From an uncultured Verrucomicrobiae bacterium (lineage in GTDB: Bacteria > Verrucomicrobiota > Verrucomicrobiia > Opitutales > JABDGR01): DNA of 64,000 nt. Under the pieces are notes generated by a model. That model searched no databases. It worked only from the letters and a program-made list of their open reading frames with translations, and had not been told where the DNA came from. Positions 1 to 9,778 of this stretch are shown piece after piece (position 1 is the stretch's first letter; the number at the start of each line of letters is the position of its first letter). A program made the translations under genes and the position numbers. The stretch lies in NCBI GenBank assembly GCA_963765205.1, contig CAVXVB010000004.1, positions 32,001-96,000 of the forward strand, given 5' to 3'.

Positions 1-1035
1 ACCGGCTCGACCACCTCGATGCTGCTGCGCGACAAAGCCGAGGCCCGGGGCCTGAAAATCACCGACCAGCCCAACGGCCTTGGCCTCACCGAACCCTGCA
101 CGCTGGATTTTTGGAACAGCACCATCACCACGCCCCTCGCGATTGACCATATGCCGTCTTATGTGAAGCCAGATATGGACGGCGTCATTGGGTGGACGCA
201 ATTGCGTGGAAAGATTTTGCAATTCGACGCCGCCGCCCGCGTGGTCCAGCCGCTGGATCAATTGCCCGCCAAAGTCGCCGGTTGGAGCAAATTCCGCGTC
301 TTGCCCAACCGCCAAATCATGACGTTGGAAGTGCCGGCGACCGCCGGCGGCCCGCCGGGTTTGATTTTCGTGGACACCGGCAATCCCGGTGGCGTCGGCC
401 TTGCGCCCGGCCATTGGGCGCAATGGCGCGCGGCGCATCCGGGCGAACCGGCCACGCTGCGTCTTTACTACACACCCGCCGCGCGCGGCCTGCGCGGACC
501 ACTCACCAACCCCGCCGCGCCCGGCACCGTGGTCGCCGAGGAAATGTGGGCGCATGAAATTTCGCTGGGACCGCTCCAGCTTACGGAAACCCCCGTCGGC
601 GAGTCCGACCCCGCGACGGCCGCCCTGGGCGGGCCACGCCATGTCGCCACCTTCGGCATGGCTGCGCTGCGCCGCCTCGATTTCATCTACGACGGGCAGG
701 CTGGTTATGTTTACCTCCAGCCGAAGACCACGCCGCCCGCGCCCTACCCGCACAACCGCATCGGCGCAGTGTTCACGCCCGCCGACGACACGAACGACTA
801 TCTCGTCGCGCGCGTGGAACCCGGCGGCCCCGCCGACCGCGCCGGCCTGCGCAACGGCGACTTGCTCACCACCCTCAACGGCCACAACCACCTCAATTGG
901 CTGCTGCACCCCGAAGTGGGGATGGCCAATTTTGAATGGCTCTGGGTGTCGTCCGTGCATTTGCGCATCCTCCGCGGCGACGAGGAGCTGTTCTTCAACA
1001 TCGTGCTCGAAAACATTCTTGGGCCGCAAAATTAA
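1..1035 (+). CDS. Retropepsin-like (twin aspartyl protease) protein with C-terminal PDZ domain, 5'-partial
   Basis: Frame is open from base 1 (TGSTTSM, tail of a presumed first DTG motif); second motif FVDTGN; PDZ-like VARVEPGGPADRAGLRNGDLL. Confidence 0.75.
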   Translation, partial: TGSTTSMLLRDKAEARGLKITDQPNGLGLTEPCTLDFWNSTITTPLAIDHMPSYVKPDMDGVIGWTQLRGKILQFDAAARVVQPLDQLPAKVAGWSKFRVLPNRQIMTLEVPATAGGPPGLIFVDTGNPGGVGLAPGHWAQWRAAHPGEPATLRLYYTPAARGLRGPLTNPAAPGTVVAEEMWAHEISLGPLQLTETPVGESDPATAALGGPRHVATFGMAALRRLDFIYDGQAGYVYLQPKTTPPAPYPHNRIGAVFTPADDTNDYLVARVEPGGPADRAGLRNGDLLTTLNGHNHLNWLLHPEVGMANFEWLWVSSVHLRILRGDEELFFNIVLENILGPQN

Positions 1036-1075
1036 GGAGGCGCCGCTGGGAACCAAAATATTTTGGGAAAGTCTC

Positions 1076-1113
1076 TTGACGGATAGAGAACTCTGTCGTA
1101 TAGAGTCATCTAT
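1076..1113 (+). promoter_or_regulatory. Sigma70-type promoter overlapped by an imperfect palindromic operator
   Basis: TTGACG(1076)-17 bp-TATAGA(1099); ATAGAGAACTCT-N7-AGAGTCATCTAT at 1083-1113. Confidence 0.6.
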
Positions 1114-1114
1114 A

Positions 1115-1729
1115 ATGAACGAAGAACCTCTGCCGATCCTGACCCGCGCTGAAGCCCATGCCGCCCTCACGGCGGTGGACCGCACCATCGCCGACACGCG
1201 CCGGATCGTGGCCGGCAGCGTCGCCGGACCGATCATAATCCTGTGGGGCGGCATCTGGATGGCGGCGGACATCATCCTCCAATACCGACCCGAAGTGATG
1301 GGCCAGTTGTGGTGGGTCTTCGATATCGTTGGCATCGGGGCCACTTGGTATCTGGCCACCCACCGGAACAAGGAGGTCAAAATGCGCGGCGACTGGCGCT
1401 TCGGCGCGTTCTGGTTCTTCTTGTTCAGCTTCGGGGGCCTCTGGGTGTATTTGCTCGTGCCTTGGAACCTGCTCCAACACGCTTCGACCACGGAGCAACT
1501 CAGCATGATGCGGAGAATTCAGGCGTTTGGGCACACCCTACCCATGTTCGCCTACGTCATCGGCGGTCTGTGGCTCGGGCGCTTCTTTGTCTGGTTGGGT
1601 CTGATCGTCACCGCCCTCACCGTGGCCGGCTACCTCTGGGTGCCGGACTATTTCTGCCTCTGGCTGGCCTTTACGGGCGGCGGCTCGCTCATCATCGCCG
1701 GTCTCTTCATCCGCAAATTCTGGAGATAA
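1115..1729 (+). CDS. Integral membrane protein, about 6 TM segments
   Basis: ATG at 1115 (MNEEPL) in the 389..1729 frame; hydrophobic segments; directly upstream of an HTH gene. Confidence 0.8.
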   Translation: MNEEPLPILTRAEAHAALTAVDRTIADTRRIVAGSVAGPIIILWGGIWMAADIILQYRPEVMGQLWWVFDIVGIGATWYLATHRNKEVKMRGDWRFGAFWFFLFSFGGLWVYLLVPWNLLQHASTTEQLSMMRRIQAFGHTLPMFAYVIGGLWLGRFFVWLGLIVTALTVAGYLWVPDYFCLWLAFTGGGSLIIAGLFIRKFWR

Positions 1730-1733
1730 TTTC

Positions 1734-2024
1734 ATGCCGGAACTCGACAAACTCATCCACGCCCCGGCGCGGCTCAAAATCATGGCCGCGCTGATGGCCC
1801 TGACCGCGAGTGAACAATTGGATTTTTCCTCGCTCGGGAAAATGCTCGGGCTGACGGACGGCAACCTTGGCGCGCACTTGCAGACGCTCGAGGAGGCCGG
1901 CTACGTCAAAATTGAAAAAACTTTTGTCGCCCGCAAGCCGCGCACCTTTGTGCGCGCGACCGTGCGCGGCCGCGGGCGCTTTGAGGAACATGTTGAGGCC
2001 CTGCGCAAAATTTGCCAAGTTTAA
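1734..2024 (+). CDS. Winged-helix transcriptional regulator (ArsR/MarR-like, HTH_34 type)
   Basis: LDKLIHAPARLKIMAAL...LTDGNLGAHLQTLEEAGYV...KPRT. Confidence 0.9.
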   Translation: MPELDKLIHAPARLKIMAALMALTASEQLDFSSLGKMLGLTDGNLGAHLQTLEEAGYVKIEKTFVARKPRTFVRATVRGRGRFEEHVEALRKICQV

Positions 2025-2028
2025 CCCC

Positions 2029-3015
2029 ATGAACACTCCCACCAAATCCTCGAACCGTAAATTCATCCTCGGGCTGCTTGCCCTCGCGTGCCTCGCGCTT
2101 GCGGGCTGGGCCGTCTGGCAGCAACTGCAACTGACGGCCCTCGCCGCCGACAACGCCGACCTGAAAAAATCCCTGGCCGCCGAGCAGAAGCGCGCCAAGG
2201 ACGACGCCGCGGACGCCAACCGCTGGCGCCAGCAGGCCGACGCCCTCCTCGCGCAAGCCGGGCAGGCCGCGAACGGGGCGAACACCGCCGCCCCTTCGGC
2301 GAGCGATCACAAGCGCAACTTTAACCCGGAAGCCGCCGCCGCGCTGGTCAACAGCAAAGGGCTGCAAAGCGTCATCGCTTCGGAGCAATCCGCCATGATC
2401 GCCATGACTTACAAAGACCTCCTCGACCGCCTCAAACTCTCGCCCCAGGAGCGTGACTACATGCAAAAATTGCTGCTGGACCGCCAGATGGTGCAAGTCA
2501 GCAACGGCATGCAAATGATGAACGCTTCGCTCTCGCCCGACGACCGCGCCGCCCTCGGCCAGCAAATCATGCAGGGCGTGGCCGACGACAACGCGAAAAT
2601 CCACACCTTCCTCAACAGCGACGCCGACTACGCCACCTACCAAAGCTACAGCGGGCAGGAAACCGAGCGCACGGAAATCGGCATGTTCGAGTCCTCGTTG
2701 GGCGACGGCAACGCGCTCGACCCCGCCACCGCCGACTCGCTGGCCAGCCTTCTTTCCAACACGCGCAAAAATTTCCCCTTCACGGTGGATTTCTACAACA
2801 AGGCCAACTTCGCCAACCCCGCGGTGCTCAACACGCCAACCGTGAACAAATTCCTCGATGAGCAGGTGCAATACCAAGCGCAGGTGGCGGACAAGGCGGC
2901 GGCCCTGCTCACGCCCGCGCAACTGCAAGCCTTCAAACAAAACCAGGCCGCCATGGGCCAGATGACCAAAATGCAAATGAGCAACATCGTCCAAATGTCC
3001 GGCGGCGGACAGTAG
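2029..3015 (+). CDS. Membrane-anchored coiled-coil/helical hypothetical protein
   Basis: N-terminal TM segment, coiled coil, C-terminal LLTPAQLQAF (LTxxQ-like); GC-biased codon use. Confidence 0.75.
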   Translation: MNTPTKSSNRKFILGLLALACLALAGWAVWQQLQLTALAADNADLKKSLAAEQKRAKDDAADANRWRQQADALLAQAGQAANGANTAAPSASDHKRNFNPEAAAALVNSKGLQSVIASEQSAMIAMTYKDLLDRLKLSPQERDYMQKLLLDRQMVQVSNGMQMMNASLSPDDRAALGQQIMQGVADDNAKIHTFLNSDADYATYQSYSGQETERTEIGMFESSLGDGNALDPATADSLASLLSNTRKNFPFTVDFYNKANFANPAVLNTPTVNKFLDEQVQYQAQVADKAAALLTPAQLQAFKQNQAAMGQMTKMQMSNIVQMSGGGQ

Positions 3016-3543
3016 GCGGGGACAGAAGCGGAGGGACGAACCCAATCGCCCGAGGCCGACGAAAACAACTGGTTACCCCCGATCGAAACACGCCCAGACG
3101 GCCTGCTCCTCGTCTTCGATGGCGATCCAACTCCACCCAACGACAAACCCGTCTTCTGGTCAGATCACCCAGGCTTCAACAGAAGCCGGGAGTGATCCCG
3201 CATCCTCACCGCAGGATGAGGGACTCCGCACGGATAAATGCCCTTGCCAGCCAAGGGCAAAACGCTCAGTTTGGCCTTCAAGATGCACTATCCCCGGAAC
3301 GCAACTCCGGCGGCAGCATTTCAAACAAATTGCTGCAGCCTTCTCGCGCCTCTTTGGGGGGCTAATGGAGGCCTGCTTTCCCTCCCCCTTAACCCTCTTC
3401 CCCCAACCCCAGTAACCCCAAAAAAGCAGTTTCCTCGCAGTTCACGTTGGCCGCCCCATGTCATCTATCAGTAATGCGCTTTCTTTACTACTAGCCAATT
3501 TGTCGCACTACAAATGTGAAACTAAACAAATTAAACCTCGTCT

Positions 3544-4374
3544 TCATGCCTCCGTCTTCTTCACTAATCCCAATCGCCCGCGCGTCACCGCAATCAGCGC
3601 GACTGCCACGACGATGAGCGCGCACGCCGTGTAAACATCAGGGCCGGGATGTTTTCGCAAGGTTGCCTTAGCGAGCATCTCGTAGAGAGGACCGCCGGCC
3701 GAATTATATGTGTCGTGTAACACAATCGCGACGATCACGCTTCCGCGCGAGAGATTGCAGCCGAACGTCATTATGACGGACAGTCCCGTCGTAGCGAGAA
3801 AGTACACCCACACCGGCGCTGTCGTCCAGCCGTGGATCAGAAACAGCGGCAAATGCCAGCCCGCCCACAGCACGCCTAGAATGATCGACGCTCGCGTCGG
3901 TCCCCAACGCGATTGTATCCGAGGCAAGGCAAAGCCACGCCAGCCTGGCTCTTCCCCCAGCGGGCCGCCGATGAGCTCAGGAATGAACCAGTGGCGATAA
4001 TCGAGCAACGCCGCCCAGTCCCACGCGCGGAAACCCGATTGTGTCATGCCGATTCCCGCAAGAGGCCAGCGTGCTACCAGAATGCAGGCCATGCCGGCGA
4101 GCGTCCCGAGGAGCATTCGCGGCAGTGAAGTCCACAGGCGAAAGGCGCGTAAGCTACCGCAACAAACCGCCTGAGCAATCAGCCCTGCGACAAACGGCCC
4201 GATTGTTCCCAGCGGTATCCACGGAAACATTCCTGCCTTCGAGTGGCTCCATCCAAGGCCGTTCTGACCGAGAAGCACCGGCAACCACATGATCCACGCA
4301 ATGCCGTATGCCAGCACGAAATAGAGCGTCAATTCGCGTCGTCGCATGGCCTTAGGACTTAGTTCGTCGTTCAT
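3544..4374 (-). CDS. CPBP/Abi (CAAX protease-like) intramembrane metalloprotease
   Basis: EEPGWRGFALP, WAGWHLP and IVLHDTYN motifs; AAGGAG RBS before ATG 4374. Confidence 0.9.
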   Translation of the reverse strand: MNDELSPKAMRRRELTLYFVLAYGIAWIMWLPVLLGQNGLGWSHSKAGMFPWIPLGTIGPFVAGLIAQAVCCGSLRAFRLWTSLPRMLLGTLAGMACILVARWPLAGIGMTQSGFRAWDWAALLDYRHWFIPELIGGPLGEEPGWRGFALPRIQSRWGPTRASIILGVLWAGWHLPLFLIHGWTTAPVWVYFLATTGLSVIMTFGCNLSRGSVIVAIVLHDTYNSAGGPLYEMLAKATLRKHPGPDVYTACALIVVAVALIAVTRGRLGLVKKTEA

Positions 4375-4402
4375 CTCCTTCTGCCTGGCTTTCAAATAAA
4401 GA

Positions 4403-4475
4403 ACCCTGTAGCTACAGGGTATTTTGCCAAGCAAAAACCCTGAAGATATTAGACCGCTGCAAGCAGCGGGGTATT
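4403..4475. repeat. Pair of short palindromes each followed by GGGTATT (possible IS200/IS605-type end scar)
   Basis: ACCCTGTAGCTACAGGGT (4403-4420) and CCGCTGCAAGCAGCGG (4454-4469). Confidence 0.45.
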
Positions 4476-4716
4476 CTTTGGAAAATAAATGCCTTAGGTT
4501 CAAGAATAATTTGCCAAAACACCCGGGCCATTTTTTATAATTTAATTCTCCGATCCAACTGTCTAACCGACGGGGTCCACCCCACGCGCCCGCCCGCGCA
4601 CCCGACACCCCTGTGGCCTCCCCCCCGCACACACACGCGGATCGCCCCCAATAAGTCCACCCGGTCTGGTTCTCCCCCTCAAAAAACCACCTGGTCCACT
4701 CCAGTCCCCCAACAGT

Positions 4717-5433
4717 TCAGTTCAGTTTGGGAAAGAAAAAACCGGTGCGCTGCTGGTAAGCGCGATAGTCGGCGCTGAATGCGGCCAGGCGGGCTTCCTC
4801 CAGTTTCGCGCGCCAGGCAAAGAGGGCGATTTGGAGGGGGACGAGCACGGCGAGCGCCAGGCTGGCTTCCGCAAACAGCAGGCCCAAGGAGCCCACGATG
4901 TAGCCGCAATACATCGGGTGGCGCACGAAGCGATACGGCCCGCGCAGCACGACCGTCCGCACCGCGACGAAAATGCCAAAGGAGCGTCCGAGTGAAATGA
5001 TGCCCCAGGTGGAAAACGCGATGCCGAGTGCGCCTAAAACGTAGCTGGCGTAGTAGAGCGGCGTCCGCCAGGCCTCCGGCGCCCGGTTGTCGCAAAGCCA
5101 TTGCAAGGCATCAGGCAGATGGCGGACGTAGTTAAACAGGATGAAATAAAAACTGGCGGCAAGGGGCACGGCGATTTCCTTGAGCTGGCGCGGGGTCGCG
5201 ACCGCCTGGCGGCCAATGAGAAGAACGAGGCCCATGATGAAGTTCAACGCCATTAAAATAAAATCATAGGAAAGATAGCCGAGATTGGTCGCATCGCCCG
5301 CCCGCAGGCCGGCCCAATCGTCGAGCACCCAGACCCACTGCGCATAGGCAAAGCCCAGGTAAATGACCGAAAGGATGTAGCGCTCCGTGATCGAGGCAAT
5401 CCAAGCGGCCTGGCGGTAGCGGTCCGGGGGCAT
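4717..5433 (-). CDS. Isoprenylcysteine carboxyl methyltransferase / PEMT-family membrane protein
   Basis: GPYRFVRHPMYCG and EEARL...YRAYQQRT motifs. Confidence 0.85.
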   Translation of the reverse strand: MPPDRYRQAAWIASITERYILSVIYLGFAYAQWVWVLDDWAGLRAGDATNLGYLSYDFILMALNFIMGLVLLIGRQAVATPRQLKEIAVPLAASFYFILFNYVRHLPDALQWLCDNRAPEAWRTPLYYASYVLGALGIAFSTWGIISLGRSFGIFVAVRTVVLRGPYRFVRHPMYCGYIVGSLGLLFAEASLALAVLVPLQIALFAWRAKLEEARLAAFSADYRAYQQRTGFFFPKLN

Positions 5434-5544
5434 GGGGGGAGAATTATGAATTCGGAATTATGAATTATGAAGTGAAGACGAAAGAATCTAGCAATCAAAC
5501 TACTTGGTCTTGCAATTCTTACTTCTTAATTCTTAATTTTACTC

Positions 5545-6411
5545 TCATCCCAGCTCGATCGTGGTCACGCCGTAAACGCCGGGGTGGAGGCCGGCGGGGG
5601 GCGCGCCGAGATACATCCGCGCGGTGGAGGAAATTTCCTTCATGTTGCTTTTGGCGGCGAGGGCCAGCGCGGCGGGGTGATTCTCGGGCGCATCAAGGTA
5701 GAGAGCCTGGCCGGCGGCGTGCGCGGAGCAGGCGGCAAAGAGCGCGTCCGCCGAAGCGTCGTCCTTGGCAAACAGGGGGCCGATCTTGAAACCCGCCCGG
5801 CCTTTGCGCACCACGGCGTAGCCGCCGAGCTTGCCCATGGTGCCGCGCGGAGTCGCAGCAAAGGCGGCGCTGCCAGGCAGACGCAACCACGCCGCGAGGA
5901 ACCGGGAGCGCGGGGCGGGGAAAAACTCGTTGTCGAGCGCCAACAGGGCCGCAAAGGGGACGCGTGCGGCCGGGGCGACGCCGTTGGGTGGCGGGCTGGC
6001 GACCCCGCGGCCTTCAAAGCGGATGTGGCGCGTGTGAAAGTGGAAGCCGTGCTTTTCGTAAAACGGGCGTAGCGCGACCGGGCCGTCGAGGCCGAGATTC
6101 GTCGAGCCGGGCAGGAGCCGCGAGCGAAGGGTTTGCATCGCGTCGGCCCAGAGCGCACGGCCGATGCCCTGCTTGCGCAAATCGGTCCGCACGATGAACA
6201 GCCCGAGGAAGCCGAAGCGGGCGTCGTAGGAAACTATCGAGGCGACACCCGCGACCTGGGCGCCGCGTTCGGCGACCAGGAAGCCGTCGGGGTCGGTAGC
6301 CCAAAAGGCGTTGGCGTCGTGGAGGCCGGGGTTCCAGCCTTCTTTGGCGGCCCAGTCGAGCGCCAAGTCAAGCTCTGGTCGGGTCATGGCGCGGAATTGG
6401 AGGTCGGGCAT
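5545..6411 (-). CDS. GNAT acetyltransferase (tandem-domain, YitH-like)
   Basis: AAKEGWNPG, FLGLFIV...RKQGIG and KIGPLFA motifs. Confidence 0.9.
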   Translation of the reverse strand: MPDLQFRAMTRPELDLALDWAAKEGWNPGLHDANAFWATDPDGFLVAERGAQVAGVASIVSYDARFGFLGLFIVRTDLRKQGIGRALWADAMQTLRSRLLPGSTNLGLDGPVALRPFYEKHGFHFHTRHIRFEGRGVASPPPNGVAPAARVPFAALLALDNEFFPAPRSRFLAAWLRLPGSAAFAATPRGTMGKLGGYAVVRKGRAGFKIGPLFAKDDASADALFAACSAHAAGQALYLDAPENHPAALALAAKSNMKEISSTARMYLGAPPAGLHPGVYGVTTIELG

Positions 6412-6525
6412 GGGGAAGTTTTTTGGTTTCTAGTTTTTAGTTCTTGGTTGAAACTTCTTGAGCGGGAAAACTGTCAGGTTTTTCATTTTGCATTCTGCAT
6501 TTTATGTTTCGTAATTCGTAATTGT

Positions 6526-8268
6526 CTAATTCATGTCTTTGTCGGCCTGGTTGGAAAAAAGCACGAAGTGGTCGTCGTGCCAGACTTCATGAGAGGGGGC
6601 ATCGGGGTAGGACTTTTGGAAAACGGGGAATTGGTCGGCAGCAACCAAAACATAAATGCGTCCGGGGCCGCGGAGCAACCCCACAAAGGGCGGCATTAGG
6701 GCGTTTTGGACCTGTGCGTCGCTAGGGGACGTGAACTGACGGCGCAAGGCGAAGTAATCGGCGAGGCCGGGATAGCGAGGCGCGAGTTGCGGGGTTTCGA
6801 GCATGAGGCCAAATTCCTGTTCATCGGGTATTTGCCCGGCGATGCCGACCGTGCGCCCAAGCAACGGCGCGAAGTCCTGATAAGGACTGTAGTCCCATAG
6901 CGTGAAGACCTGATCACGGTCAACTAAACGCGGGCGCAACCAGGCGGCGGCGGGCGCGGTCGAGGGGCGCTTGATTTCCATCACGCGCGCGGCGATGGGA
7001 TTGAGGGCCACCATGATGGCCAGGGTGCATCCGAGAACGACCCAAAGAGTACGCTGTAATCTCGCCGCGCCGGGCTTTTCCAAAGTCCCGGCCAGCCAGC
7101 GGCCAGTGAGCAACGCGAGGGGGGGAATGCTGGGGACAATGTAGGTAGCGAGTTTCGAGCTGGAGGCGCTGAAAAAGACGAGTGGGAAAAGCGCCCAGAG
7201 CAGGAGCAATAAGTTTTCCGGTTCGTCTTTCAGGCGCGCCAGGCGGCCCTGGCACGCCGAGTGCAGCGCCTGCGGGAGAAAAATTGTCCACGGCAAAAAT
7301 CCGCCGGTCAACACGACCGGAAAAAACCACCACGGCTCAACGCGGTGCGCCACGCCGGGATCGAGATAACGCAGGACTTGCTCGAAAATGAAGTAATACC
7401 AAAGGAAGCCCTGGTTGTGCCAGTCTTTGGAAAAGAAAGTCGCCCAGTCCCAACCGCCGAGTGGGGGATTGGCGAGTGCCGCGGCGACGTGCCACGGGAG
7501 CGCCAGCACAAGGAAGATGACGAGGCCGGAGTCGAGGTGGGCGTGGCGCAACTCGCGCCATTGGTTGAGAATCAGCAGCCAGAGAAAAATAACGGCGCCC
7601 GGGATGAGGAGGCCGATCAACCCCTTCGTCATCACCGCGAGGGCCATGCTGGCGTAGAGCGCCCAGCACCAGTGCCGGCGCGCCGGGCCGGGCGGCGTGC
7701 GGACGGCCAGCAGGAATGCGCAAAGGGCCAGGGTAAGGAAAGCCGAGACCGCCGTGTCGAGGATGATGATTTGCGATACTCCATAGTAAAGCAGGCTGGT
7801 ACCGAGCGCGACGGCGGACCAGAGGCCGGCGGCGCGGCCCCAGAGCGCGCGTCCCGTGCCGTAAACAGCGGCCACTCCAAGAAAGGCGAGCGCGATGGGC
7901 CAGAAGCGTAGCGTCCACAGGTTCATGCCACCCATCTTAACCGCAGTGGCTTCGAGCCAGTAGAAGAGCGGCGGCTTCTCAAAATAAAGCACGCCATTGA
8001 GGCGCGGCGAAATGAAATTGCCACTGGCAGCCATTTCGCGGGCAATTTCGACATAGCGGCCCTCGTCAGGGTTGCTGAGCGGGCGCAGGCCAGTGGGCAG
8101 GAAATAGACGGCGGCGAAGGCGAAGGACAACCAAGACAAGTCGCGCGCGGGGGACGGCACGCGGGACGCGGGAGCGGAGATGGCTGAGGCGGAACTCAAA
8201 CGGATTTCATGCAACCGGCCCGGAGGCGGATTGCCAAGCCCGAAGCGCGCGGCCGGGTGGAAAATCAC
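6526..8268 (-). CDS. ArnT/PMT-family (GT83-like) lipid-carrier-dependent glycosyltransferase; start uncertain
   Basis: DEGRYVEIAREM, YFEKPPLFYW, MTKGLIG and SKLATYIVP motifs. Confidence 0.9.
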   Translation of the reverse strand: MIFHPAARFGLGNPPPGRLHEIRLSSASAISAPASRVPSPARDLSWLSFAFAAVYFLPTGLRPLSNPDEGRYVEIAREMAASGNFISPRLNGVLYFEKPPLFYWLEATAVKMGGMNLWTLRFWPIALAFLGVAAVYGTGRALWGRAAGLWSAVALGTSLLYYGVSQIIILDTAVSAFLTLALCAFLLAVRTPPGPARRHWCWALYASMALAVMTKGLIGLLIPGAVIFLWLLILNQWRELRHAHLDSGLVIFLVLALPWHVAAALANPPLGGWDWATFFSKDWHNQGFLWYYFIFEQVLRYLDPGVAHRVEPWWFFPVVLTGGFLPWTIFLPQALHSACQGRLARLKDEPENLLLLLWALFPLVFFSASSSKLATYIVPSIPPLALLTGRWLAGTLEKPGAARLQRTLWVVLGCTLAIMVALNPIAARVMEIKRPSTAPAAAWLRPRLVDRDQVFTLWDYSPYQDFAPLLGRTVGIAGQIPDEQEFGLMLETPQLAPRYPGLADYFALRRQFTSPSDAQVQNALMPPFVGLLRGPGRIYVLVAADQFPVFQKSYPDAPSHEVWHDDHFVLFSNQADKDMN

Positions 8269-8310
8269 GGGGACGCGGGCTGGAGGACGGAATTGACATA
8301 CCGGGGCGGC

Positions 8311-8661
8311 TTACGCAGTGGCGCGGGCGAAGCGGACCATTTGCACCTTTTTGCCGATGGCGTCCCGGCCTTCGAATGTCGTCACGGTGAACTCGTGCAA
8401 ACTGCACCAGGCGTCCATCTGCTCCTGCGAGCTGTGGCCGCCGTATTGCTCCCGAAATGAAGTGTGGGCCAGTTGCGAGAATTCACCGACATACTCGCCA
8501 CTTTTGCAAATACCAGCAATGATTTTTTCCATGTTAACGTCGTAACCGGCCTTGCCCAGATTTTCATACAGCAGGTAGGAACACTTGGGGCAGGAGAAAC
8601 GCTTCTTCGGCCCGATGATGCGCTCGTGCAACTCCACCCAGCATTTGGGGCATTTCTTCAT
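8311..8661 (-). CDS. Small hypothetical protein with N-terminal zinc ribbon
   Basis: CPKC-x17-CPKC at the N-terminus. Confidence 0.7.
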   Translation of the reverse strand: MKKCPKCWVELHERIIGPKKRFSCPKCSYLLYENLGKAGYDVNMEKIIAGICKSGEYVGEFSQLAHTSFREQYGGHSSQEQMDAWCSLHEFTVTTFEGRDAIGKKVQMVRFARATA

Positions 8662-8715
8662 GACGGGCGCATTTTAGAGCGGGCACCCGGCCCGCGACAA
8701 CTGAAAAAAGCAGCT

Positions 8716-9612
8716 TCAAAAGACCAGGCCAATGGCGAGGAGTGCGGCCCAGAGCGCAAGGAATTGCGCCGCGTGGGCGAGGAGTTTATTGAAGCGCGGG
8801 CCGTCGCCGTCGGGCGTGGCCGCGAGGACGCGGGCAAGGAGCAGGCCGAGGGGGGTCAATACCAAGAGCAGGAGCATGGCGGGGCTAGCTCGGATCACCA
8901 GGAAAATAATAATCGGCGACACGAGCGCAAAGAAAATATTGGCACAAAATAATCGGCGCGCGAAGCGGCGGCCATAACGGACGGTGAGAGTGCGTTTGCC
9001 GGCGCGGGCGTCGGTGGCCTGGTCACGGATGTTGTTCACTAGCAAGATATTCGCGGCCAGCAGGCCACAGGCGGTGGCGGCCAGCCAAGCGGTCAAAGGC
9101 GCAGGCCAGCCAGCCTGCACGTCATAGGTGCCAAGGACGGCAACCAAACCGAAAAAAATCAGAGCGCAGACTTCGCCGAGACCGTGATAGGCGAGCGGAT
9201 ACGGGCCTCCGGTGTAAGCCAGCGCGGCCAGCAGGCTAACGCCGCCGATGATAATCATCGGCCAGCCGCCATAGAAAATCAGCCCGGAGCCGGCGGCGGC
9301 GGCGAGCGCGAGCGCCAGGAAAGTCGCGCCCAGCATCGCGCCGGGGGAAATCAAACCGGCGGCGACGGCGCGCGTGGGGCCGAGGCGGCCGGGGGCGTCG
9401 GCGCCGCGGCGGTAATCGAAATAGTCGTTGGCGAAGTTGGCGCCGATTTGGGCCAAAAGCGCAAATCCGGCACACAGCAGGGCGGGAATAAGCTGGAAGT
9501 GATGCGCGTGCGCGGCGAGCGCGCTGCCGAGGGTGACCGGCGCAATCGCCGCGGGCAGCGTGCGTGGTCGCGCGGCGAGGAGCCAGGGCTTGGGTGCGGA
9601 GCGCGGAGGCAC
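8716..9612 (-). CDS. menA: 1,4-dihydroxy-2-naphthoate prenyltransferase
   Basis: ARPRTLPAA, NFANDYFD, YTGGPYPLAY and NNIRD...KRTL motifs. Confidence 0.93.
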   Translation of the reverse strand: MPPRSAPKPWLLAARPRTLPAAIAPVTLGSALAAHAHHFQLIPALLCAGFALLAQIGANFANDYFDYRRGADAPGRLGPTRAVAAGLISPGAMLGATFLALALAAAAGSGLIFYGGWPMIIIGGVSLLAALAYTGGPYPLAYHGLGEVCALIFFGLVAVLGTYDVQAGWPAPLTAWLAATACGLLAANILLVNNIRDQATDARAGKRTLTVRYGRRFARRLFCANIFFALVSPIIIFLVIRASPAMLLLLVLTPLGLLLARVLAATPDGDGPRFNKLLAHAAQFLALWAALLAIGLVF

Positions 9613-9778
9613 GCGGGGACTTTAGCGGAAAGGAACGGGGAATGTGGAGTGTGAAGTAATGCCGAGTGCTGAATGCTGATTCCTGAATACGAGTGCGGCC
9701 TTCTATTTTGACAGAATTCAACACTCAGGAAAATCTCGCGCCACCGATGGGGGTTCTAGCAGAAAGTGGTGGTAAATT

